NCBI GenBank assembly: GCA_963777665.1
Contig: CAVZRJ010000004.1
Location: 71,996-135,995, forward strand
Source of the DNA: an uncultured Acidimicrobiaceae bacterium
GTDB lineage: Bacteria; Actinomycetota; Acidimicrobiia; Acidimicrobiales; RAAP-2
DNA length: 64,000 nt
Direction: 5' to 3'
The notes below the pieces were generated by a model. It did no database searches, had not been told where the DNA came from, and saw only the letters and a list, made by a program, of their open reading frames with translations. Below, piece after piece: positions 49,873 through 58,042 of the stretch. Both the position numbers and the translations under genes were made by a program. Each line of letters begins with the position of its first letter. Position 1 is the stretch's first letter.

Positions 49873-49931
49873 CATAAGTGCCTGGTTCCGGGGCACCCTG
49901 CGATGGGGCTACGGGCCACGCCGGGAAGCCT

Positions 49932-50456
49932 CTACGTGGCGGTGTCCATGCCATTGGTCACCACGGTGACCACGGCTCCGGGATGCAGTTCGGCCATGGC
50001 GTTCGCCTGAACACAACTCCCGCCGTATCCGCCATTGACCATGACGATCTGGCCGGACTCGGGGTCAGTCTGCGGACCGGTCCAGGTGACAGAGCAGGCC
50101 TGCACCTCGGTCGGCACGCCCTGCGCTGGCTGTGGCTGTGGTGCGATCGTCACTGGTGCCGAAGCAGGGGCGGGTGTTGGAGCAGCGGTCACGACGGGAG
50201 CGGTCGCTACAACTGGTACCGGAGCCGGGGAGGTCGTGACCGGCACAGGAGCAGGAATGGTCGTGACTGGTGCGGGAGCAGGTGGAGCGGCGACAACGGG
50301 CGCCGGAGCGACGTAGACCCGAACTGGTGGTGCTGGCACGATGACTTCGTTGACCGGTGGTGCGGCTGTTGCTGCTGCGTGGCTGGTGCCGCCTAGGGCA
50401 ACCACCCCTGCGCTGAGAGCCGCCATAGTGGCGACTGTGAGGATGATGCGCTTCAT
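49932..50456 (-). CDS. secreted Pro/Ala/Val-rich protein with Cys-containing C-terminal domain
   Basis: Signal peptide MKRIILTVATMAALSAGVVALGGTSHA, a long PAPV-rich linker, and two Cys in the C-terminal ~50 aa. Confidence 0.65.
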   Translation of the reverse strand: MKRIILTVATMAALSAGVVALGGTSHAAATAAPPVNEVIVPAPPVRVYVAPAPVVAAPPAPAPVTTIPAPVPVTTSPAPVPVVATAPVVTAAPTPAPASAPVTIAPQPQPAQGVPTEVQACSVTWTGPQTDPESGQIVMVNGGYGGSCVQANAMAELHPGAVVTVVTNGMDTAT

Positions 50457-50603
50457 TTGGTCTCCTTGGTTTGCGTTACCTTGCCCGTGCTCCCCTGTTC
50501 TGGTCAGTCGTCATGCTCTAACTATCGGCACATTCGGGAATCAGATGTAGCTCGATCCCCTGCTGCTCAACGACGCTGTGTTTGAGATGGCCGTGGTGGC
50601 AGA

Positions 50604-51221
50604 ATGGGTGTTGAAAGCGGCAGGAAGGAGGAGAGTGCCTTGACCGATGCGGGAGTGCGGGAGGCCGTAGTGGCCCACTTGGTCAGGCAACCTGCACCAA
50701 CCAAGGATGACGGTCAGCCCACTCGAACCGGTTGGACTTCCTCCGTTCGCTACGGGGGTGGACCCGGCGCTGACCCCGCCACCATCGAGTTCGTCAAGTC
50801 GAAGTCCTTTCCCACATGTCAGTTGCACGAGGTGGACTACATCAACCACAAGGGCTGGGCAATGCACGTGCTCATCAAGACTTGGCAAGAGGAGGAGGGC
50901 ACTTGGAAGGTCCACCCTTGCGGCGGAGGTGCAGGACCCCACCCACATCGGAGTCAGCCGTGGGTGAACTTCACTGCGGGATTCGGACCTAAGGGATTCA
51001 TGGGTGGCGGCCACGTCGTGGGGGACGGAATCGAGAACGCCAGATCTGTCCGGCTCACTTTCGCCAATGGAATAGAGATCGAGGACACCGTCGACAACGG
51101 AGTGGTGCTCTTCTTCGAGCCGCACAGAGTCGTAGCCCCTGCCGAAGTTGCTGTCATTGACGGCAATGGAGGCGCCCTGGTGACGTACATGGAGTTCATC
51201 GACTTTGCCAACATCTCCTGA
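50604..51221 (+). CDS. hypothetical protein (205 aa)
   Basis: Track ORF, divergent from 49932..50456. No family recognised. Confidence 0.45.
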   Translation: MGVESGRKEESALTDAGVREAVVAHLVRQPAPTKDDGQPTRTGWTSSVRYGGGPGADPATIEFVKSKSFPTCQLHEVDYINHKGWAMHVLIKTWQEEEGTWKVHPCGGGAGPHPHRSQPWVNFTAGFGPKGFMGGGHVVGDGIENARSVRLTFANGIEIEDTVDNGVVLFFEPHRVVAPAEVAVIDGNGGALVTYMEFIDFANIS

Positions 51222-51264
51222 GGACGGCCTCTGCCTGTTACGCACTCATGACTACAACCCTGCC

Positions 51265-51723
51265 GTGCGTCGTGTCTGGCTGGTGACGGCAGCGCTCGGC
51301 CTATTGCTCAGTGCGTGCTCAAGCTCGTCGGTCGCCCAGGATCGAGCGTCGGCCAGGTCCACCTCGACCAGCATCGCCAGGTTCACCCATCCTTCGGTAA
51401 CAGTGACCCCATCATCGGCGCTGACTGCCGGTGAGCAGGTTCAGGTCCACGTGAGTGGCTTCGAGATCGGTTGGAAGGTCTTCTTGTCCGAGTGCTCTTC
51501 CGCCGAGGCTGCGAACGAAGATGGGTGCGGCGAACAGCTCGCTGCTCAGCCGTTCATCATGACGGATCAGTCTCGGAATGGGTCCGGGACATTCACCGTT
51601 GAACGGACAGCGGCTGTGAAGCCGTACAGCACCGCTGATGCGATTCCGTGCACAACGAACTGCGTTCTGCTGGCCACGGGCGGTGGCGGCTTCGCAGATG
51701 CGCCACTTGGCTTTGCGGGTTGA
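51265..51723 (+). CDS. lipoprotein, possibly neocarzinostatin-like beta-sandwich domain
   Basis: VRRVWLVTAALGLLLSACSS lipobox. LTAGEQVQVHVSGFEIGWKVFLSECS...C...C resembles NCS-family apoprotein folds at motif level only. The track start 51205 is an alternative. Confidence 0.5.
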   Translation: MRRVWLVTAALGLLLSACSSSSVAQDRASARSTSTSIARFTHPSVTVTPSSALTAGEQVQVHVSGFEIGWKVFLSECSSAEAANEDGCGEQLAAQPFIMTDQSRNGSGTFTVERTAAVKPYSTADAIPCTTNCVLLATGGGGFADAPLGFAG

Positions 51724-51849
51724 GGCCGTTGCGTATCCGGTATGTGCGCCGATACCGATTAGGGAGGGTGCCCCCATCATCACCGGGTCGGCGGGACAGA
51801 TTCAGAGCAGCCATCGAGGTGGCTCGCACTGTGGCCTAGGCTCTGCCAT

Positions 51850-52197
51850 GTGGCTATCAGGCGGTTGGCGATCACTGTTTTGGGTCTGGGCCTGGCGGGA
51901 ATGATCGTGGCCGCCTGCGGTGCACCCGTATCGAAGCCGAGGCCGTCGAACGCAGAGTTGGCTGCATGTACCCGGTTGAATGGGCAGACTCTCGAATCGG
52001 TCTCTCATCCTGGGGGCTGGACTTCCTTCTATGACGTGCCGCCGAGTCTGGTCAACGCCCTCCATCAGTCCGGCAACGCAACGTTGGAAAAGATCGGCGG
52101 GGAACTGGCCGTTGACAACAGTCCCAACCATGCAAGATCGTTCAATAGCGTGCTTGAACGTGGAAAGGCGCTCTGCCATTCGCTGTCAACTGCCTGA
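51850..52197 (+). CDS. small lipoprotein (115 aa)
   Basis: MAIRRLAITVLGLGLAGMIVAACGAP signal/lipobox; two further Cys. Confidence 0.55.
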   Translation: MAIRRLAITVLGLGLAGMIVAACGAPVSKPRPSNAELAACTRLNGQTLESVSHPGGWTSFYDVPPSLVNALHQSGNATLEKIGGELAVDNSPNHARSFNSVLERGKALCHSLSTA

Positions 52198-52356
52198 TCT
52201 GTCCCCGGTCACCGGGAGCGGGAATGTTGTCGAGCGTGGCCAAACGGCACTTCTGCCATAGGTGATTCGACGTGTGCCTGACCCCCGCCACCGGGACGAC
52301 ACACGGCGGCGCTTCGGCGACAGCTTGATCTGGTCGCCCGGTACTAGATTGACCTC

Positions 52357-52836
52357 GTGGACGGCGCCGAGAATCCATCCCTTGGCTGGCGACCGGTTGT
52401 CACGCTGACCCTCTGTGTCATCGGTCTCGGCTTGTCGATCTACACCCTCTGGATTCACTACCAGCCCAGTGCGCTGGCCTGCATCTCTGCTGGGCCAATC
52501 GACTGCCAGGCCGTGCTCACCAGTGCTCAGTCAGTCGTAGTCGGCATCCCGGTGCCGTACTTCGGCATCGTGTTCTTTCTCGGGATGGGTGCCCTCTGTC
52601 TTCCTGCTGCGTGGCGCATCTCTGCTGTGTGGGTTCACGTTCTTCGGCTGGCAGGTGTCGTCGTGGGGATCGGATCAGTGATCTATCTGATTTCGACCGA
52701 GTTGTTCACCGTCAAGAAGATCTGCCTGTGGTGCTCGGGCGTTCACCTGGTGACGTTCGCCCTCTTCATCATCATCGTGACGGCAACTCCCGCCCTGATG
52801 GCTCGTAGCGGTCAACCTCCCGCTTCTCAGCAGTAA
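52357..52836 (+). CDS. vitamin K epoxide reductase (VKOR) family membrane protein
   Basis: Four hydrophobic segments, a loop Cys pair (CISAGPIDC) and a CLWC redox motif in the last TM region. Confidence 0.8.
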   Translation: MDGAENPSLGWRPVVTLTLCVIGLGLSIYTLWIHYQPSALACISAGPIDCQAVLTSAQSVVVGIPVPYFGIVFFLGMGALCLPAAWRISAVWVHVLRLAGVVVGIGSVIYLISTELFTVKKICLWCSGVHLVTFALFIIIVTATPALMARSGQPPASQQ

Positions 52837-52885
52837 CCCTGGCCAGCGGCACCTCTGGGATTGCCCATCTGGCAGACTGCTGCCG

Positions 52886-53575
52886 GTGTTTACAAGAGGC
52901 CATCGAGGCTGGCGGATCGGATTGCTCTCGGCAGTTGTCGGCGCCCTTGCTGGATGCGGTTCTGGTTCGCTGACCGCCAGAGGCTCGTCGACAACATCAC
53001 TGTCCCAGTCCTCGACGACAATAAGCTCCACCACTACGACCGAAGTTCCAACACCGTCGAATGCCTCACCGAGCACAACGATGACACCGGCCACCAGTTC
53101 AGCCCCACCGTGCCAGGATGGCCAAATAGCAGTCTCGGATGCGGGCGGCGGTTCAGCCGGTGGCCACCAAGGTCAAGTGATTCTGTTCACCAACCAAAGT
53201 CAGTCAACATGCTCCCTCTCGGGTTATCCCGGAGTGGCCGGACTCAATGCACAGGGTGGCGAAGCTGTCCAGGCCCAGCGCACTCTCAGCGGGTACCTCG
53301 GCGGGCTCCTGACCGCTCCCACTCCTCCCGTCGTATCTCTGGCTCCAATGCAGATCGCCTCAGCCACGGTCGAGGCAACCGATAATCCGATTGGATCGGC
53401 CACGTCCTGCCCGTTCTATCCGTACCTCCTTGTCACGCCGCCCGATCTCACCGATTCAGTACAAGTGACCGTCAGCGGCTTGGGGCGCCCCAATCACCCC
53501 GGGCTCCCCGGGTGCACCGGGATCGAGGTCCACCCTGTGCTGCCAGGCAGTAGTGGAGCATCGGCGGGGTTCTAG
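52886..53575 (+). CDS. DUF4232-like lipoprotein
   Basis: Lipobox LAGCGS, a Ser/Thr-rich linker, then C...GGGSAGGHQGQVILFTNQSQSTCSLSGYPGVAGL (DUF4232 pattern). Confidence 0.65.
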   Translation: MFTRGHRGWRIGLLSAVVGALAGCGSGSLTARGSSTTSLSQSSTTISSTTTTEVPTPSNASPSTTMTPATSSAPPCQDGQIAVSDAGGGSAGGHQGQVILFTNQSQSTCSLSGYPGVAGLNAQGGEAVQAQRTLSGYLGGLLTAPTPPVVSLAPMQIASATVEATDNPIGSATSCPFYPYLLVTPPDLTDSVQVTVSGLGRPNHPGLPGCTGIEVHPVLPGSSGASAGF

Positions 53576-53689
53576 AGGGGTTCGCCTATTCCGCCGCCCC
53601 CTCTGTTGGCAGCAACGATGGTCCGATGGCGCATCGCCGGACTCGTACACCGTCGAGGAGCTTGACGTGCCCGAAGCCTAGTTGGTGGA

Positions 53690-54493
53690 GTGTCAAACGA
53701 ACCGGAACTCTCGAATGATCTTGATGATTACAAACGCATCGTGCAGGCGGGTCAGCGGGCGATGTCCAGGGCAGAGTTGTGGGGCCATGGCAAAATGGCT
53801 TCAATGCAGGCGTTTGCTTATGAAAGACAGGTGATCAGCGGACAGGACGGTCAACCGCCGCTTCGTCCAGGTAAGCCGCTCAAGTTCGTGGTGGAGGATC
53901 CCGCAACGGGACATCGCTCATCCACGTGGCGGGTTTGGACGAGCAAGTCCGCAGACGATGTCTTCGTCTGTGAGACCGAGAGCGGCGGCGAGTGGAAGAC
54001 GAGCCTTCATAATGATTGGGGAAAGTGGCGGATAGCAATGACAACCGAGGCCGCCGATCGTCGTGACATCCCCAGGGTAGTTCTTAGTGAACAGGACCGG
54101 CCGGTTCAATGTGCTGACGGCTGGGCCGAGGGCACCGCACTCTTGATCCCTTGCTCTGATCTGCGACCCTCACCACGTATGTTCTCGGATGACGTGCTTC
54201 GTGTGCCTACCTCTCCCTCTCATTCAGCAATCGGCGTACGATTGCTCCTTCAGGAGCCGGGAAGTTCGACGTTCACGGCGCTAGAGAATGCCTTTGGATT
54301 GGGTGTCGTGGAGCGACCGAATGGAGGAACACTGTATGTAGTGGCACAAACCACCTCCCTGAGCAGTGAACTAATCACGAGCCTGGCAGCGATACGGGCA
54401 GACGTACGAACCACTGCACCTCACGCTGGCCGATACGTGGGAATCCTGGCGGGAGACGATCAGCGCATTCTCGTGGACCTGGCGCTCACGTAG
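53690..54493 (+). CDS. hypothetical protein (267 aa), no recognisable domain
   Basis: Track ORF with GTG start. Its codon style resembles that of the neighbouring island genes. Confidence 0.45.
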   Translation: MSNEPELSNDLDDYKRIVQAGQRAMSRAELWGHGKMASMQAFAYERQVISGQDGQPPLRPGKPLKFVVEDPATGHRSSTWRVWTSKSADDVFVCETESGGEWKTSLHNDWGKWRIAMTTEAADRRDIPRVVLSEQDRPVQCADGWAEGTALLIPCSDLRPSPRMFSDDVLRVPTSPSHSAIGVRLLLQEPGSSTFTALENAFGLGVVERPNGGTLYVVAQTTSLSSELITSLAAIRADVRTTAPHAGRYVGILAGDDQRILVDLALT

Positions 54494-54935
54494 ATCGAGT
54501 GACGCATTCAGCGGAGACCGTCTCATTGCGGCAAGGCTCGCTCCCACCGTGGGCCAGGATGGCCTCGTGCGAAGGGCCTCAGCGACGAGTCGTTCCCGAA
54601 GCCGAAGTGGATCACACATCCAGCGTGCCATCGACAGGCTGCCCCGTCCCCACGGGTCGTCCCTTTCCCTCGGTCTCCTACGGCCAACCAATGGGCCGAA
54701 GAATCCCTCGCTACACAAGCAGGTGGTAGTCAGCCTGCTTCACACCACCAAGTAGCTGACGGGTCGAGCAGCAAGTGTCTGGAGCTTCCTCCCGGTAACT
54801 TCGGACGATCTGCTCTCTGCCAGCCTTCTCCCCTCCAAGTCTGCTGGGACGCTCGCAGAAGCCCCGCAACAGGTAAGGGTGACGGACGGTCAGAAGACCC
54901 TAGATGCTCTCTGTGCTCGAAGTTCGGATCGGCCC

Positions 54936-55334
54936 TTACAGATTCTCCAAGGATTGGCCCGCTAATCTCGCCGCCGTCAGAGCGGCGCTCTCGACCAGAA
55001 GCCGTGCGGACTTGTGTCGCAGATCGAGAGTGGACTCCGCTTGATCGACGGTGATCGCTGCCTCTGTGACGATACTTATGACGATCACTCGACCCGACTT
55101 CAGGAGTTCGAGAGCCTTGGCGTTGAGCCGCACGTTCGTCGCCTGGGATGGACCGGGCGTTCGGTAGTGCTGGAACCTGCGACAAAGGCGATCTGTCTCA
55201 CCAATGTAGAAGTGGTTGTCCAAGTCGAAGCGGTATGCGCCAGGCGCTTCTGGCACATCCGGGAAGCGTAACTTGTCGCCTTCGAGTTGGAGTTCGCCAA
55301 CTTCGTCCCATGAGAAGTCCACAGCAACTTGCAT
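54936..55334 (-). CDS. GIY-YIG-like nuclease-domain protein (132 aa)
   Basis: PGAYRFDLDNHFYIGETDRLCRRFQHYRTPG...TNVRLN fits GIY...YIG..R..(H/Y)...N. ATG is preceded by AAGGTGGGA. Confidence 0.55.
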   Translation of the reverse strand: MQVAVDFSWDEVGELQLEGDKLRFPDVPEAPGAYRFDLDNHFYIGETDRLCRRFQHYRTPGPSQATNVRLNAKALELLKSGRVIVISIVTEAAITVDQAESTLDLRHKSARLLVESAALTAARLAGQSLENL

Positions 55335-55392
55335 GATCCCACCTTGCCACAGCCTGTTGGAGGCTCACTTGGCAAGTAGGTCCCTTCGTAGT

Positions 55393-55977
55393 TCATGGCC
55401 CAACAAAGTCAAACAGCGCATCGCACCATGCTCGAAGCTGTTCGGCTCGTGACCTCCATCCAGCGTCCTCCCACTGGTGAAGTTCTTCGATCATCGTCTC
55501 GATAGACAGAACGTCCACGACACCGGTAGCCAGTTTCACCGAGAGGACTCCCTCGGGGGTAGTGGCGCCCCACACCAGCACGGCTCCATCCGTTCTCACT
55601 GGCTTGGCCCCCACCTTGACGGTCAGGCCATGACCCTCCCTTGCGACCTCCAAAAACCGGAGGAACGCCGCTCCTACATGGTGATCCAGTTGGCGAGGTT
55701 CGACAAGGCGGAGGTACCGGTAGTTGTCATAGGCCAACTCGCACTTCATCTCGGCTACGTAGGTCTTGGATGTCTCCCGATCCCGCAGCGTGAAGTCCAA
55801 CGTGTGCCATTTGCCCTCCGAGGTGTGGATAGTTGGCCGACCGAGATCCTCGTACTTCGACCGAGGGCTTGCACACCAGTAGCGGACGATTTCCTCGCTG
55901 AAGATCCCGAACACTCTGGACAGGAAGTTGTCCCGTTTCGAATCCCCGCTGCGGAACACGCTCTCAAGGGTCGCCAT
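55393..55977 (-). CDS. PD-(D/E)xK-like nuclease-fold protein (194 aa from ATG 55977)
   Basis: HTLDFTLRDRETSKTYVAEMKCELAY gives D-x15-E-x-K spacing on alternating hydrophobic strands. The upstream part of track ORF 55393..56274 is antisense to the 56140 gene and is discounted. Confidence 0.5.
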   Translation of the reverse strand: MATLESVFRSGDSKRDNFLSRVFGIFSEEIVRYWCASPRSKYEDLGRPTIHTSEGKWHTLDFTLRDRETSKTYVAEMKCELAYDNYRYLRLVEPRQLDHHVGAAFLRFLEVAREGHGLTVKVGAKPVRTDGAVLVWGATTPEGVLSVKLATGVVDVLSIETMIEELHQWEDAGWRSRAEQLRAWCDALFDFVGP

Positions 55978-56139
55978 GACACTTGAGTGTTGTACATCTG
56001 TCTCAACCAGTCGAGCGGCTTGGCGGAGCAGGTAGTCTGGTCCTCTACATCCAGAGGAGTCGAGGGACCTGGCCCGATGACGCTCCGCCAACCAGCCGAG
56101 AGGCGATGGTGGCAATGCCGGGAACGATGAGGAGGAATC

Positions 56140-56625
56140 ATGACGGACATCATCGACGGCGCCTACGACACGCCCGAGGGTCGCAAGCTCTTCGTGAGGC
56201 AGCGACCGAATGAGACTGGGGATGACTTCGCAACTCGGGCGATGGGCTTCCTGTACGCCATGAGCGATAACCATGTCCTCGACAAGGTGCTGGCCAGCGC
56301 TCCGACTGATTGGGAGATCGTCCCGAGTACCAGGTGGATCGAGGCTGTGAACCGATCCGATCCGAGGCTCCGCCTGCGGCTCACCGCTCTCTCGTCCAGC
56401 AGCGGTGGCTCAGTCGGGCACCTCGTGGTTGCGTGCGAGGGCGATCAGATTGCGGACGACTGGGCTGACCTTCAGGACGGAGGAGTCTGGCTTCCCCGTG
56501 CAGAGGATGGCCGCATCAGGACTTGGCAGGCAGGCCTATGGTCTCTGGTTCATGCGATTCGGGGCCTGAGCAACCAGTTCGACGCCTGCCTTGAACGCAG
56601 TGGCATTGGGGTGGAGGGAGGATAG
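56140..56625 (+). CDS. hypothetical protein (161 aa)
   Basis: ATG is preceded by GAGGAGGA. First gene of a three-gene unit divergent from the nuclease-like pair. Confidence 0.5.
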   Translation: MTDIIDGAYDTPEGRKLFVRQRPNETGDDFATRAMGFLYAMSDNHVLDKVLASAPTDWEIVPSTRWIEAVNRSDPRLRLRLTALSSSSGGSVGHLVVACEGDQIADDWADLQDGGVWLPRAEDGRIRTWQAGLWSLVHAIRGLSNQFDACLERSGIGVEGG

Positions 56626-56820
56626 ATGGCGACGAAGATGGCAGTGTGCCCTGACGGCATGTGGAGGGTGTACACCGTGAAAGGTGAACTCGCCACGGTG
56701 CAGGTGGGAGGTAGAAGCATCGAGGGGAGGATCACGGAAGCAGATGGCGTCACGAGGTTCAGGCAATCGGCTCATCATCATGGCGCTCATCTTATGTATT
56801 ACCCAGCACGACCCGTCTAG
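56626..56820 (+). CDS. hypothetical small protein (64 aa)
   Basis: The ATG directly abuts the upstream stop (TAGATG), and GGAGGGAGGA lies just upstream. Confidence 0.45.
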   Translation: MATKMAVCPDGMWRVYTVKGELATVQVGGRSIEGRITEADGVTRFRQSAHHHGAHLMYYPARPV

Positions 56821-56893
56821 CCATCGGCAAAAGCACGCTGTACTGATCGGTAGATTAGAAGTTCTGATCGGGTGACGGTGACCCGACCGCTAT

Positions 56894-57478
56894 GTGGGAC
56901 CATTTGCTGTGATCTCGACCCAAATCGTCGTCAAAATCGTCAGCCCTGGCGCATCCGGTACAAGCGCCGTGACGCTCGTTATTGCCATCTTCGGCCTCAT
57001 GCTTGCCCTTGCGTCCCTCCTCTGGCAATGGTTCAGCTATCGACTCGGAGGGCCTCGGTTGAAGATCACCCTCAAGAGGGGATACATGGGTACGGGCGGA
57101 CTCGTGTCCTCACCTGTGGGACTCGACGCCGATACTCAAATGGCATCGCAGGGCCTGACGCAGAAGCTCGTCGGTGTTGAGGTTCGGAATGTGGGTCGTC
57201 TACCTATCTCGATAGATGGTGCGGAGGCGAGCATGGAGAACGGGGCTTCGTTTACAGAGACCAACTTTCCTGCAAATCCTCCCCACGGCGCACGCATTGA
57301 GGCGCACAGTTCAGAGAGTTGGTGGGTTCGTTGGGACGCCGTGGTCGCAATGGCTTCGGCTTCGGCTGCCGTCAAGCCCGAATGGAACCGTCCACAAGAG
57401 GTGCGGATGGTAGTGCGGCCTGCTGCGGGCAAGCGCAAGCGAACTAGGGAACACCTCATGGTCTCCCCTCGCCCCTAA
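56894..57478 (+). CDS. hypothetical single-pass membrane protein (194 aa)
   Basis: TM segment AVTLVIAIFGLMLALASLLWQWF is followed by a ~140-aa soluble region and a basic tail (AAGKRKRTREH). Confidence 0.45.
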   Translation: MGPFAVISTQIVVKIVSPGASGTSAVTLVIAIFGLMLALASLLWQWFSYRLGGPRLKITLKRGYMGTGGLVSSPVGLDADTQMASQGLTQKLVGVEVRNVGRLPISIDGAEASMENGASFTETNFPANPPHGARIEAHSSESWWVRWDAVVAMASASAAVKPEWNRPQEVRMVVRPAAGKRKRTREHLMVSPRP

Positions 57479-57601
57479 CGTCGGCGCCCACGCTCGCCCA
57501 ATAGCCGCAATCTCAACTGTGGGTGGCCTACCGGCGCCTCTATGGCGAGCATGGTTGTCTGATGGCGAATCGCCGGACTTCCCCCGTCAACCAAGAAGGG
57601 C

Positions 57602-57853
57602 TTACCGGGGTAGCTTCATGCGCTCTTGCAAGCCATCGAGAAGTTGTCCGGGCTGAACCTCAAGAGCTTTTGCCAGCTTCAAGATGTTGTCAAGGGACAC
57701 GTTGCGCTCACCACGCTCAGCATCCCCGATGTACGTCGGATGCATCCCGGTCTCGTCCGCAAGCCGCTCCTGGGTCCAATCGAGTGCAAGCCGTGAAGCT
57801 CGAACACGGTGACCGAACTGGACTCGCCAGGCGGGTTTGGCAGCGGCTTTCAT
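57602..57853 (-). CDS. XRE-family helix-turn-helix transcriptional regulator
   Basis: FGHRVRASRLALDWTQERLADETGMHPTYIGDAERGERNVSLDNILKLAKAL. Confidence 0.85.
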   Translation of the reverse strand: MKAAAKPAWRVQFGHRVRASRLALDWTQERLADETGMHPTYIGDAERGERNVSLDNILKLAKALEVQPGQLLDGLQERMKLPR

Positions 57854-58042
57854 TGCCTGGCCATCCCAGCCTGGTGCAGACTATGAGTCCACAGGCTATG
57901 AGTGGGATTAGTCCCTCCACAGCTTCGTGATTTTTAGTGGGGCCGGGCAACCATGACAGTTGGGATCTGTCAGTAGTTGCCAGACGGATCGCTGGTGCGC
58001 TGGTGGCATTGAACTATCATTTGACCTGAGGGGCGGTGCGAT

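Noticed and set aside
50090-50340. Highly repetitive GC-rich DNA that might be a CRISPR-like or VNTR array.
   Set aside because: The repeats are irregular and correspond to the Pro/Ala/Val-rich linker of the secreted protein 49932..50456. There is no repeat-spacer periodicity. No CRISPR array was seen anywhere in the window.
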